A stretch of DNA of 62,896 nucleotides, counting the filler, from Octopus bimaculoides (Eukaryota): assembly GCF_001194135.2 (NCBI RefSeq). It is 3 parts of 3 records of this genome, joined end to end, with 100 filler letters (N's around TTAATTAATTAA, not from the genome) between each part and the next. Parts side by side here need not be neighbours in the genome. Positions count along the whole stretch, not along the records: positions 31,304 to 60,294 come from NC_068987.1; 2 more parts are not named here. The stretch is one strand, 5' to 3'. Of this stretch, positions 36,311 to 51,540 are shown in pieces (position 1 is the stretch's first letter; every line of letters begins with the position of its first letter). A program made the position numbers and the translations under genes. The notes under the pieces were generated by a model. It worked only from the letters and a program-made list of their open reading frames with translations, made no database searches and had not been told where the DNA came from.

Positions 36311-38057
36311 CATCATCACTATCGACATGATCTTCATCGTCAGCAGGCGCAGCTCAATATATTGTTTAGGGTGCTTTACATGGCAGTCAAAATATGTTCC
36401 CATTGTATAGACAATAGGAACCAAAGACATTATTACATACATACAATGAGAGGAAACACGACTCTTTTGTGAGGAACGACATCAAACCCGAACATATTGA
36501 ATGGCATCAATCCCATTTAGAACATGAATCGGAGGGAAAAAATCATTGATTCTGCACAATCAGATAATATTGATAGGATGTGGTGACATAGCAAGAAAAT
36601 TTAAATTATTTAAACAAATAAGTAAATAAAAAATATGGGATAAAATCAATGATTCCAGCTTTATTTGTATTTTTTGTATATTTATTGCAATACACAACAA
36701 CATTGAAGGCATCGAGTTGAAATATATTGGATCGAAAATCTGTAAGACCTGTTGTCTCAATGCAAATGTTGCTGTATTACGAAAATGTTACCAAAGAAAG
36801 TAACAAAAGTTAGAATCTGTCGTAATAAATTTGTTAGAGAATAAAACTGTGTTTCTCATAAAGAATATTTTAAATAAATTTTGAAGGAAATATTGCATTT
36901 AATTATAGTTTCAAGTCAACAAATATTAACAGATAAATTCGCAAATCAACATGATATATGCTACTGCACGGTAGAAAATTATATTTGTAAATTAAAATAA
37001 TTGCATCTGAGAGAACATAATAAGTACACTGTCATTGCGATAGGGTATACATAATCATACTTCATCCGTGATACATACAGGAAGGCATGAACAAAAATGT
37101 TTCAACGACATGAATCTAGAATTAATAAAAACAGAAACGCGAATGATTAGAGTATCTAATGCCGCGTAATAATGGTTTGTTGTGTTTAAGGACCACAGTT
37201 TCAGTGTGAGGACAATGATTATTGTAGCTTTATTAACCTGGTCAAGCCTACGGTAGATATATTAGACCATGAACTATCTGACAAAGTTTTGTTATATATT
37301 GAATTACTTTATATATGTCTACATCATGCGATATATTCAACTGCGGAGTATATGCTTACTGCACCCTTCAAGTCGAATGACCGTTCAGACGCCTCTCTTG
37401 CTGTTCACGTTGAGCTATTATAAATAGCGCTGGACATTATACAGAAGTAGTTTTACTTAACATTAATAGAGTCGGTTCAGTTTTCATGGGTCAAACTGAG
37501 TGTTATAGTGGGCTTATAGTTGCTGGTTCTATTGGTTATGGTAGAACTCACCATGGTATAGCGCAGGAATATTCAAAAATAGCCGTCGTGGTAGTTACAA
37601 TGTTGTATACTAAAGATCGGGATAGAAGAAAAGAAAAAAAATCTTAGTCGCAAAGAGATCATGGGAGAGAAATTCCAATTAAGTCATTTCTATCAGCTGT
37701 TTCGTTCTAAACTTCTGAGAAAGAATACACAATTATTTTAAGAAAAATCCGTCGCGTCTAAACGTACCGGTAGAATTATGGATTGCACGGAAATTTATTT
37801 ATTTATTTATTTTTATAATGTCTACTAATGATTGGTGTATCGATTTACTTCTACATCTTTAAATTACCTCTTTCTTTTCGATATGTATACATGTAGCATG
37901 TACGTACTCGCACTCGCGCGCGCACACAAACATACACCCACAGGCTCGTAAAAACACGCACGCGCGCACACACAGCAGAATATGCAGCTACGCACACATA
38001 CAGATCCACATTCATCCATTCATAACCATGCGTACCTCTATTTCTCTATTTCTCTCT

Positions 38058-38127
<70 letters not shown>

Positions 38128-38629
38128 ATACACATACACACGCATATATATATATATTGATGCACACAGTCACACGTTTGTGTGTATGGATTTATGTTTG
38201 TATGTATCCATGTATCTATTTAAAGATTACGTGCAGAGGGCTGCGAGTATATTGCACAAATCTACGTGAGTTTGTATACATTAAACGCACTTTTAAATTT
38301 ACACTTATTTCGATTACACCAGGTCATCATAGCTTGATTTTCATGAATAATGTCAACTTGCCCTTTTCAAATATAGCCTAATATTATTATTGCTCCTAGC
38401 AACAGGCTCATTAGTCATCCGCCAAACACTAAACTCACAACAATTAAACTACATAAAAATATAACCAGATTACCAACCTCACCTTAACACACGCAGCTTC
38501 ACCTTCGCTATTGCAAAACTCTTTCGTAGATTTCCCTCCAAAATATTCACAGACTTGAAGCAATTATATTTGAAGGAATTCTTAATCCTTTACCTGCACT
38601 TTGGAATAATAATAATAATAATAATAATC

Positions 38630-38709
<80 letters not shown>

Positions 38710-38792
38710 AAGAAGGAGAAAAAGAAAAAGAAGAACAAGAGGAAGGNNNNNNNNNNAGAAGAAGAGGAAGGAGGGGACGAAAGGAAAAAGTA

Positions 38793-38850
<58 letters not shown>

Positions 38851-39533
38851 CAGCTAAAGAAGAAGAAGGAAAAGAGAAGAAAGAAAAGAAGTATAAGAAC
38901 GAAAGGAAGAAGAACAACAAGAAGAAAAGAAGAAGAAAAAGCTAAAGTAAAGAATAAGAAAAGGAAGAAAAACAAGGATACAAGAAGAAGGAGAAGAAGA
39001 AGAAGAAGAACGGGAAGAAGAAAAAAAGAAGTGAAAGAGAAGGTGAATTTGAGAGCTAAATCTGTTATTGTTAAACGTTTAGGTACTATATATAGAAAAC
39101 TCACAAACTAGATTAATTGATAGGAAGATGTGAAGAGAGCCTTTAATTTTCACGTTGCTACCCTATAGATATTATGTGTCCTTACTTCGTGGGGCATGGT
39201 TCTTCTTACTCTATATTTGGGCCTCGTATTCATACGTATACATACACAAACACCCGCACACTCATTCACACACACACACATACATATTCACACGTGCACA
39301 GGAGAACCGCACGCATATATGTACATGTATATTCATGTGTGTACACCACGAGTGCCTGCCTTCGTGTGCATGTCAGCGTGCACAATTCATAACAGGTTAA
39401 ATAAGTAAATATCGAGCCGAAGGCATTACAATATATAGAGATATGAGGAATACATTAAAAAAAATTAAAGTGACATCCATGTTTCTATTAAACTGATATA
39501 TATATATGCGCCTGTGTGTGTGTTTGTGCAAGT

Positions 39534-39677
<144 letters not shown>

Positions 39678-40559
39678 GTATGTCTCTCTATATATATATG
39701 TATGTGTATATATATGCGTGTATATTTGCATTTTTAGATACACGTATACATGCATATATATACATACTTGCATATAGATATGATAGATAGATGACAATTT
39801 CTATATATATATATTCACCTCTGATCCGAACGAGTAATTATTTTGAATGAAACAAAATTATATAATTATCTCTGATGTAATTATCTCCATTTAATTATCT
39901 GAAAGTTTCACGAAATTGACATTATTTTCACATTTATAACTTCAATAAGCCCAGATATGTAGGTGCAATGAGTCATTTCCATTCCGTTATTTTTATTTTT
40001 GTCCTGACCAGTTAATAATGTATGTCAATATCTCTCACTCCTTGTGCACGACCGACTTATTTTCAAAATCACTCTTATTTCATCCGCTCATTGCCCAGGT
40101 AACTTTAACAGAACATCGTTATATATCTTTGTTTTTTCGTCTTCAAGGCATTTGTATATTGCTTCATGCATAACAATTTTCGAGACAAAGAAAAAAGTCA
40201 CTTATATTTCTATCATTTTCAGTTGTGACTCGTTAAAAAAAATAGTCCATATTTTCAGTCCCCTCTTGTCCTTTTGCTGGATATTAAATTGCCGAAATTA
40301 TTTTCCTAATCTATTCTGATTATGAAATGCATTAGGTAGTGAAATGTATTTTAGGATTTTACAATTCGACAGTTAACCCGTGCATCATAATCTAATCAGG
40401 GGTATATGTGAACCTAATAATTAGTAAAAGAATATATGTAGAATTCTATAAAGGGCATAGTTAATTTAAAACACGATAAGCATACGCACGTATAGTTACA
40501 TATTGCATACATATACATACATACATGTTTCAGCATATCAGTTATGTAACTATATATAT

Positions 40560-40790
40560 GATTGACCGTTAGCTACTAAAGCCTTCTTTTTTATTTCTCT
40601 CTTTTTATTCTCTCTTTTTTTTTATATTCTCTCTCTGTTTATTTTCTCGAGCTGATTTCTATTGAAGTGCATAGGCTCGAAACATAAAAGACTTTCTCAC
40701 CTTCCCAAGCGTTAAACTAATGCACCTGTTTCTTGTTCACTCTCTTGTCTTCGTTTTTTTTTTGTTTTTTTTTGTAGATTCCAACTATAT
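40560..40790 (+). mobile_element. Putative Penelope-type terminal repeat fragment with degenerate hammerhead-like motif
   Basis: TTGAAGT GCATAGGCTC GAAACAT AAAAG at 40662-40690; the core differs from CUGANGA at two positions. Confidence 0.35.
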
Positions 40791-42417
40791 GTAAATATAC
40801 ACACACATGCGCCCCGCGCGCGCATATATATTAGCTTCACTAGTCATAAATCTTGTCACTGTCTGGTATCTTTATCTCAGAACTGTCTGAGATAACGGTA
40901 TTTTGGTTCAACAACGCCCTTCGTTCCCGACGCGTTGTTCCATTCAAAAGAATTGGAACTCTATTCCAGTGTATGTATGTTTGTGTAAGTGAATATGTTT
41001 GTGTGCGCGTGTGTCTCTATGAACCTATTGATTAGACCTCATACCGGTACTCATACCAATATCTCTGTACATACTGATTATTTGATAATCGTCCACTTTT
41101 TCACCGTTTGCAATTACAATACATCGCAGTGTAATTTCTTACAGCTCAGTCATTTTCTTTGTTGTTGTTTGCCTCCGGTTCAGTGCCTGTCAAGTGGAAC
41201 TTAAATATAAAAAAAACATTCAATATCTTGACCGCCGTAACGTATCAAGACATTTAAAAAATATTGCAGAAGAACACTGAATTTGAATAATTTCATTATC
41301 TTTCTTTCAAATACCTAATTCCTGATCAGATAGAATTATGTATCAAAATCCTTTTAATCAAAATTATCTCATTTTTTCTTTATGATATATGTTCTACATT
41401 TACAGGTAAAGTGTCAAATTCTCAAGAATTTAATCTTTGGGACTTCATGATTAAATTTTGTGTGCGCTTTTCTGAAAAATAAATTATTAAAAAATTGCAT
41501 GGTGAGATTTTTTTATAGGTATCTTTATAAACAGCTGCTTTAAAAAGATACAAAAATACAGAAAGATATGAAATATTAAGCGTCATACATTTCTCCATAT
41601 TTATGTATAAAAATCTATGAATACAATATGAATATGACGTCGAAGAGTATCTGTAGCCTATATTTTAAATGCCTTCGTTATTATATATCTAACATTCCAC
41701 AGCGGGCTTATGACGCTGCTTTTCAGAAACTACTTTTTCTAATAACCTTGCTTTATTTTCTTTCAATATATGTATTGTAAACTACAATACATATATTGAA
41801 AGCAAAAGTGAAGCCCTGAATATCAAGCATAATTTCCAATGCTTAACATCAAATAAATTCAAGTTCATAATTCAGGGAGTCAAATCATGAAGAAAATTTA
41901 AAAAGAAAGAAATGTTTTGATCATTTTACTTGTTATATTTTTGAGAAGTTTCAATAATAGAGATATGTACCAACAAAATCTCATATTCTACACAAGTACT
42001 TGTCGCACTTGAAAAATTAGTTGGTTCCTCCTGTTCAAAACGATTAATACCACTTTCCAGACATTCAATTTCTTATATGTAGCTGTCTAATGCTATGTGA
42101 CTATAAGCAGGAATTCCAAATTGATCCAGAAAATTTTCATGAACATTAATGATATGTGTGAGCATATGAAGACACTTATAAATTAAATTATGGAAAGCGA
42201 CTTCTGTTTATGCAAAACTACTGATATGTGATTAAGACATATAATCCCTTCTGCTGTGGTTGGAGATGCGGCCTATGAATGCCTGTATAGATTATTAGAG
42301 ATGGCATGAGAAATGAGAAACTGCTGCTGTATATGTGACAGAGCCTGCGAGATATGTACCAACATTATCACATGCGCATATATGACATTATTGCTATTGA
42401 TATTGTTATTATTATTA

Positions 42418-42491
<74 letters not shown>

Positions 42492-42494
<3 letters not shown>

Positions 42495-43878
42495 TAGTTT
42501 TATTTTTATCACGTGCTTTCTGTGTGCCTTGAATATGTGCTGTGGTGTGTTGTGGTGCTCTTATGTTTACTGTATTGAAAGTGTTTTGCGTAGGATGTGT
42601 GCGGTGCCTAGTAGTGCTATTTTCTGTATGTTATATATATTTGTTAGTCCTGGTGATTTTGTTATGTATTTGCCTGAATCTTTTTTTTTTTGTTATACCT
42701 AATGCGCCCAATATAAGAGGAGTTGCTTCTGTTTTTAGACTCCACATTCGAGTTACCTCTATTTCCAGATCTTTGTATTTGGAAAGTTCCTCCGTTTCTT
42801 TTAGAGAAACATTGTCATCTGTTGGTATTGATACATTGATTAGAGAGCATATTTTTCGTCGTGGATCTCTGACAACTATAACCGGTCTGTGTAACCTTTA
42901 TTTCTCTATCCCTGTGTATTGGCATAGCTTCCAGTCCCAGTTCTGTCATGTCTGTGAATATATTCCTTCTTAGTCAGGCTGGGAGGCCAGAGATAATATG
43001 ATTTATTGTTTCTTCTCTATCACCACATATTTTCTGAAGTTACATTACGTGTTTTTGGTAATTTCTGTTGGCAAGCTTTTGATCTTGTGCTGCAATATAC
43101 AATCCTTCAGTCCCAGCTTTGAGTCCAGGGCTTCTCAGTCATTGTTGAAATTTTGCTGTTTCTTTTCTGTTTAGTTTAACCCAATATTTGCCATGTAGCG
43201 GCTTTTATTGCCACCGTTTTATAATAATCCGTTGCTGTCCCAGTTTTAGTTTGGATTTCAGTCGTTTTACAGCTTTTGGTATTTTTTTCTTTTACTTCAT
43301 AGTTGTTAGGTACTATGACTTATTTTTGTATTTACCAGCGTCTTGAAGACTGAAAACAGTTGCTTTGTTTTGTTCATGTTTTGTGGTTGTTTGTATTAAT
43401 TTTGTGGCTACGTATATTATTTAGTAATAGTTTTCTAGCGGCATAAGATCTCTACACCTTCGATATGTTGTATATATAATCTTTCTATGTCAGATTTTGG
43501 GTGTTGCATCCTAAATCCTGTCATTATTTTTCTTGTTTACCTGTCTATTTTGATTAGTTTATTTAGAGTCCAGTTCAGAATATTATAGCTCTAACTTATA
43601 ATTCGGACGGCTAGATTGTTGGCACCTATTATCTTGTTTTTCGCATTGAGCGCTATATTCAGTATTAATCTAATTCAACTATAGTATTCCTATCATATCT
43701 CATCTGTCATTTATGTGTGTTGTATCGTATCTAGTACGTCGATCCCTAAGTATTTGTATGCCTGGCGTTGGTCTAATTCTCTTACTCCATTTGACTTATG
43801 TAGTGTGATGTTATTACTCTTATCTAGTTTTCATATTTTCAAGGTTGCTTTGGCACATTTTTTAAAGCCAAATTGCAT

Positions 43879-43882
<4 letters not shown>
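42492..43882 (-). mobile_element. 5'-truncated R4/Dong-type non-LTR retrotransposon (RT thumb, CCHC knuckle, restriction-like endonuclease), decayed
   Basis: Minus translation includes [64 protein letters not shown]...SIPTDDNVSLKE...SKYKDLEIE and QKIALLGTAHILRKTL*. The 3' end runs into (TAA)n at ~42386-42491. Confidence 0.92.
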
Positions 43883-43932
<50 letters not shown>

Positions 43933-46900
43933 GTATGTATATACATATATATGTGCGCACAGAGATATATAGATACATGCATACATGCACACATTCAGAC
44001 AGACAGCTAGAGAGATATACACAGATATATAGATAAAAATAGAGAGATGGGAATATATATACATACATACACACACATCTATGCATGTATACATATATAT
44101 ATATNNNNNNNNNNNNNNNNNNNNNNNNNNNNNNNNNNNNNNNNNNNNNNNNNNNNNNNNNNNNNNNNNNNNNNNNNNNNNNNNNNNNNNNNNNNNNNNN
44201 NNNNNNNNNNNNNNNNNNNNNNNNNNNNNNNNNNNNNNNNNNNNNNNNNNNNNNNNNNNNNNNNNNNNNNNNNNNNNNNNNNNNNNNNNNNNNNNNNNNN
44301 NNNNNNNNNNNNNNNNNNNNNNNNNNNNNNNNNNGTCATAATTGTTTCGCTAATCCAGGATCTTGTTTTAGGAATTCCCAATAAGTTATGAATAAGCAAT
44401 TGGTAAATTCCGTTATATATTGATGTCAAATTAGTTAACAGATAGTAAGAATTCACATAAAGTAACCCCGAAAAGGGCTTTAATGCGTTCCCAGAGTATA
44501 TAGAACATAGGAGGAATTACTACTTAGGTATGTATAGTAAAATCGTGAAGCATGTTACGTAATAACGGGCTAATCAGATATGAGATAATAACAATTCAAA
44601 GAAATTAACTGTGAAAAAAAGCTTTTGTGTCTTCCTAGAGAATATTACTCTCAGGCGCGCTAGTGTTGGTATATTCATGAATAAGTCACTAACTGAAATA
44701 AATGGATCTATTGTTTAGGAGAATAGTATTTACTTGTTTNNNNNNNNNNNNNNNNNNNNNNNNNNNNNNNNNNNNNNNNNNNNNNNNNNNNNNNNNNNNN
44801 NNNNNNNNNNNNNNNNNNNNNNNNNNNNNNNNNNNNNNNNNNNNNNNNNNNNNNNNNNNNNNATATATATATATATATAAAGATCCCTTGCAGAAGCCCT
44901 GTTATCGATTTTTTCAACAATCTGTGTATGGCATGAAGTTGTTTCCAGACATGAGTTCTACTCACGTCTTATGTTTCATCAAAATCGATAAAACGATGTA
45001 GGAGGAGTTAGATAACAACTCCACAAACATTTCCACAGACAGAATTTCCCACATATGTAGAATATAAATATATATAGATATATATATATAGGGAGAGAGA
45101 GAGAGATAGGGAGAAGAGATTAAGTGTAGGGGAAGATGAACAGCAAATTTGTATTGCAGTGCATAAAGCACAATCGACAAATCCAATATTCTCATTGTCG
45201 TTCATTTGTCTGTCAATTGTATTTGTTATTTTATCACTTCTGCTTTCTTAAATGTCGGTATAAGATTAAAATATACCCATACTTCATCGACAACTTATAC
45301 TTATCCCCTTGTGGTGAAATACTGTGTGGCGTTTATGGTGATTTTTCGTTTCTATTTTTTTTTTCACATGATCCTATTTCCCATTCCTGTTTTTTTTTTG
45401 TTTATTGCGTATCCATTTCCGTTTTGTCCGCGTAGGTTTCCGAAACGTAAAGAATTAAGAAAATGTGTGTTCTCTGTGTTTCCTGCGAAATGAATATCTG
45501 ATCGGTATTCGTATGCCAACAAAACGTAATGAATTACCATTTCTCATAGTTCGATTGTAAGCCTTTGCTATCTTACACCTAACTGTCCGTCCGATAATGA
45601 AAAAAAAAAAAAAAAAAAAAANNNNNNNNNNNNNNNNNNNNNNNNNNNNNNNNNNNNNNNNNNNNNNNNNNNNNNNNNNNNNNNNNNNNNNNNNNNNNNN
45701 NNNNNNNNNNNNNNNNNNNNNNNNNNNNNNNNNNNNNNNNNNNNNNNNNNNNNNNNNNNNNNNNNNNNNNNNNNNNNNNNNNNNNNNNNNNNNNNNNNNN
45801 NNNNNNNNNNNNNNNNNNNNNNNNNNNNNNNNNNNNNNNNNNNNNNNNCTTCTTCTTCTTCTTCTTCTTCTTCTTCTTCTTCTTCTTCTTCTTCTTCTTC
45901 TTCTTCTTCTTCTTCTTCTTCTTCTTCTTCTTCTTCTTCTTCATTTGCACTCTTCTGTAACTTTACATTTCTACTGCGTTTTTCAATCAATTTCTTTCAT
46001 TATGACATCTTATCTTTACCTTTACGCATGTGGGGTTTTACTCTGTTTTCGTTTGTTTAGCTTTTGGTTCCATTAGAGTTGATTCATTGCTTCTCTTACA
46101 GGAATCTATTCCTTTTATTTCGTTCTCGTTTGTTTTTTTCGAAATCTACTAAATTTTCCTACACCAAATCTATCACAACAAATAGCATAACTGTTTTGAA
46201 ATTCCTCTGCTATAATATATATATAATTCTTGTAAATTTTCAAATTTCTCTTCCTACTTGGCTATTCATTTCTGTTTTAGTTAAATCTCAGATGAAATCT
46301 ATTCAAGGGTAAGATTTCCTTGTTTTGATTTGAGAGGGTCATTACACCATTAATAATAAACTCATGAACACACTGGCTGTGGTTATTATTATAGGCGTAA
46401 TAATCTCCCAAGACACATCGAGATATGTTTCTGCACACGAATTTCCGTCAAGAATCTTGCAAACCAAATACGAAAATTCCCTTCAAGTGTTTCACACATT
46501 TTTAATTTAATACACTGCTATACTAGTCTTCCCATAAGGGTATAGGGTGTGATTTAATTAGAATTTCATTGGTGTTTGTTTAAATGATTTAGGTAGTAAA
46601 CCGACGGTAACGTAACTGTTATAACCCAGACTAAATCCATGGCTATATAAAAAGTTCGATTACTTATATGGTCCTTTTATTCATTCCTCAAATTTGAAAG
46701 TGAGGTAAATTAACAGATATAAATCGAGTAATGATACTTATATCATTCATAACGTATATGCAAATATAAACGCATGCCTGTCTTTATTTGACTTTACTAA
46801 TTTTGATACAAAATATGTAGACAAGGAAGAATGTCAAGAGAGGCTTTGCATCCTAAATTCCAAAGCTTTATGTAATTAAGAGATGTGTTCCAACTTTCTT

Positions 46901-47729
46901 TCTTGTATACAAACGAACAAACCAAACACCTTTTGATTTGTGCAGACGTTTATCCATCTTAAGTGAAAATTATGAACGCATTTCAAATGGCATTAGGAAA
47001 TTAATGGCATAAGTGTGTACGTTATTTAGAATTTAGACCCATAACGTGGAAACGTGCAAGATTTTGTCATCAAGGGACTTTGGTATGTAAACACAGAATT
47101 CGCCGAAAATATACAAGAGTATGTTATGAGATGCCAAAGTTTAAGGATTTAAATCCTTGATAGCACTGAATTAAGTCAGAGAGCGTCTGCCACATTTGTC
47201 GCTGTTTAGTGTCGTACCCTTTGTAACGGAAACAAAATCCTGAATATTTCGACAAAAAGCATTGTAATTAAAGATTACACTTTTCCATATCCCTGGAGGG
47301 TTGTAGTGACAATAAATTCTACAAAAATTCGCACACAGATTGGTGCGGCAGACGGAATATATGTTTCAATCAAAGATCTATACCAAGTGTTACCTGAGTA
47401 TCAGATGATGGTACTAATGGTGCTAAACGCTATGATGGCGTCAGTGTACCCACAATGAATATATTTATCATAAACAATATTGTTAAACAGTTAAAATGTA
47501 TAATGCACATTCATAACTTACATTGAAGACACCAAAATTGCAAGGAAAGCTATCCGTGATTACGGACGCAATAACGAAACGACAAATGCCTAGAATATAA
47601 CAAACACTGTCAAAGCTTCGGATAGTAGTTCTGTTGACTACGAGAAGGATTTGTTAATTACACTCTGATGATGAAAAAACGTGCAGAAACCCGTTTTCTC
47701 TCTCTCGTTCTTTATATATANNNNNNNNN

Positions 47730-48060
47730 NTTTATCATTTTCCGTGTTTCAGTCATTTGACTGCGGCCATGCTGGAGCACGGACTTTAGTCGAGCAAATC
47801 GACTCCAGAGCTGATCCTTTGTAAGAATAGTACTTATTCTATCGGACTCTTAGGCTGAACCGCTGGGTTACAGGGACGTAAACGCACCAGCATCGGTTGT
47901 GAAGTGATGTTGGGGGAATTAGCACAGAAACACATACACGCACACACACACACCTGTATATATGACGGGCTTCTTTCAGATTACATCCACCAAATCCACT
48001 CACAAGGCTTTGGTCGGCCCGAGGGTATAGTAGAAAACACTTGCCCAAGGTGCCACACAT
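47730..48060 (-). mobile_element. SINE family B, head missing
   Basis: Reverse complement of the family body from the cttgcccaaggtgcc block to the tail. Confidence 0.88.
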
Positions 48061-48063
48061 AAG

Positions 48064-48124
<61 letters not shown>

Positions 48125-48140
48125 ATAGATAGATAGATAT

Positions 48141-48188
<48 letters not shown>

Positions 48189-48880
48189 ATAGATAAATAG
48201 ATAGATAGATAGACAGGACAGATGTAGATATAAATGTATATTTATATATATGTGTGCACTCGCGTGTGTATGTGTGTGTGTATATATATACATACATACA
48301 TATATGCAAACATACAAATGCATATACATATATACACATATGTATATATATATATATAGATACACACGCACAGACACACATATATATACACGCAGAAAAG
48401 TGAGCGGGAGAGAGAGAAGGGGAACAGAGAAAGAGATCAGATATTGTGTGAGATGCATATGATTGTAAATATCACCCAGTATCTGACATAAACATTTCCA
48501 TATTAAAACGAGAATAAGGAAACTTAAAATAGACAATGAAATTATAGGAATCAAGAACGATCAGGACGAGAACTACACAAATCCAGTTACGTCTCCATCT
48601 TTACGCCTTCTGCCAATCTTATGCCCATTATTTGAGAAAACGTTTATTAAATGTTATAATACAGAACGTACCCTCAAGCTAAACATGTCAAGTGTGCAAA
48701 CCGGGAAAAGATTTAATCGAATGAATTTTGGAAATATTTTCGTAAATCTTGACTGAAATGCAACTTCAAGGATGAGAAAGTAATAATTTTGCCTTCTAAA
48801 TGTAAGCTTCATATGCACTCATAAATATGTTCTATATATACATATATGCACACACAGACATACACAAACAGACACACACA

Positions 48881-48926
<46 letters not shown>

Positions 48927-49769
48927 TAAACATGTATATAGGTGGTGTAGTTGTGATGTAATGTAAATGAGTCAGTTTTAATAAAATGATTATGAGAAAT
49001 ATAATTGCAGAAACGGAAGCCTCTCCAAACCACATATATACTACTGTTAATTTGGGATGATTTGCCATTCTACAACCACATGATTTTTTTATTCCTTATA
49101 TATAATCCTAATAATTTCCTGGGGCTCGAACTCGTATCATTAATATTTAAGACAGATTTTTTCGAATCACTGAGCTTCAGACTAATTCTTTATCGAATTG
49201 TGGGATATTAATTTTCATAGAAGCATTAACAGACATATTGTGCTGATATCTCGTCTGCCTCTTTTATTTGCCCAAGTTTCCACTGAAGTTCAAGAACAAC
49301 ATATAATTAGAAATCAACTGTAACTATATGCGAGGAAATCGACCATTTCATTGGTTGTGTTGGATAGAATGGTAATTAAATGATAAAACAACGGATATCA
49401 GTCACTCATAAATTCAGCTGCCGTGTGCTTAAGATGAAAGAACGAAAAAATAACGGCTATGACAACAAAAACAAAGGCAATAACAACAACAAAATCGGCA
49501 ATAGAAAAAAAACAAAACAAAACAAAATGAAGAACAATGGCTGCTGAACAACAAAATGCTATATCTGTAATCTGATTTCTGCGAGTTATTGATTACGTAT
49601 TTTGTTTATTAAGAATTATCCCAAACATCATGTGATTAATTTACACAAATCAAATGATAATGTTCTTTCTAATTCATCAAAGAAAATATATAACTATGTG
49701 TATTTGTGTTTTTGTTTGTTTCTTTCCACGTCTCTCTATGTTCATGTGAGTATTTCGGTATGTGTGTCC

Positions 49770-49815
<46 letters not shown>

Positions 49816-50529
49816 GAGTGTGTGTACATATTTTACTATGTGTGTAAGAGAGCAATAGACGGATGCAGATAACATATTCAAGTTGTGTATGAAAACTGTT
49901 TCTTGTGAGAATTTAAACGTCTCATATGCATGAGAAGTGATTATAGCCTCAATGAATCGTCTGAAGGGCTATGATCGCTTCAATTCATACAGTATTTTCA
50001 TGAAGTTGCCTCTAAAATAGTCAAATGATGCCGTACAAAAAGAACACACATATTTCTCAAATCATTTCTTAATATACTTAAAATCGATAAATTAAGTACC
50101 AGTTGCGTATTTGGATCGATCTAATTGACTGGCACTTTCGCCACAAATTTCGGGTCTTGTCCGTAAAGTAGAAAAGAATAGGCGTGTATGTATATGTGGT
50201 ATATATACACATAGTCGTCGTGTATACTCACATATATATGGTGTGGATTATAAATAGGTTTAATACACTGTTGTGACTACATAGCACTACTGCCGTCGTA
50301 CTGTGAGCAATTCTTGGTAAGTTTGTTGCAACCAGACTTTGATATTTTGAATTTTTTTTTTTTTTTGCTATCACTATCACTGATATTTTGTTATCAGTAT
50401 CCCTTATTATGTTTAAGTGACTTATGCCATGCCAGCTCCCAAGCGAAGAACGCGCGGCCTTCCATTCTCAATACCACCGCGTTAGACTAAGGATTTATGT
50501 ATGGATAATACTTTCTACTGGAAGAACAA

Positions 50530-50718
50530 TACCACAAATTTGGAGGTAGGGATTAAGTCAATTACACCGACCCCAGTGCGTAAATGGTACTTATTTAATC
50601 GACCCCGAAATGATGAAAGGCAAAATCGACCTCGGCGGAATTTGAACCCAGAAAGCGAAGAGAGACCTAGTAAGCATTTCCACTGTCGTGCTAACGATTC
50701 TGCTAGTTCTCTGCCTTA
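50530..50718 (-). mobile_element. SINE family A
   Basis: Family consensus match; a partial plus-strand copy also lies at ~50085-50180. Confidence 0.8.
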
Positions 50719-51502
50719 AGCACTTATAAATAATGACGTCCGGTCTAATACATCAGAAATGCATAATTTCATTAATCCTGCCAGGAGGGTATTTAGGGAA
50801 AACCTGCCCATGTGATTTTGAGAGATGAAATGTGTGCTTCTTCAAAAATTATCGGCTTATCTTTAAGTCACCCCACCATAGAGACATAAGGTCTCTCGAA
50901 TTAAGTGTCCTGCCATATGCTTTATAGACATCTTTCTTCTTCTATCATTAATTAAATCTTAACAATGCCTTGTCAAATAATAACATACACTAAAATGAAG
51001 CATATATATATACGTATATTTATCTGCCTGCACATGTGTGTGTGTGCGTGTATATGTGTGTGCGTATTTCTTGGTATATTTCCTTCGTCTATATTGAACG
51101 AATTTATGTAAATAAAAGTGAAAATATCAATGCCCTAAAGTGAATCACAAATATATCTAGCCAATACGTAGATGTCTTATGCCAAGAATGCAAGGAGTTC
51201 TCTCAGATTACACTGTAACATCCGTTTACATCAATTGAGGTTTACAGACAACATATGACAAGCATAAGTAGATCATAGTAACACATTCCCAACTATATCT
51301 CATATGTAAAATACCAGGATAAGAATTTCGCTATCAGTTCTCAAGTGAGGGGTTAAGGTTTTAAATATGCATACCACAAAATATTCACGCGCAGGGCGAA
51401 ATCCATTTAAAAGAAAACAGGTCACGGCATGTTCAATCGAAGAAATGAATATATGAGTACATGTGTCTGTGCGTGTATATGCCTACGCGCGTGTTAGTGT
51501 GC

Positions 51503-51540
<38 letters not shown>

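Noticed and set aside
40853-40960. Minus-strand open frame WNRVPILLNGTTRRERRALL...
   Set aside because: No credible acceptor site and no family resemblance.
47665-47700. CTGATGA...GAAAC motif (also ~32288)
   Set aside because: No G10.1:C11.1 pair and no helix I; likely chance.
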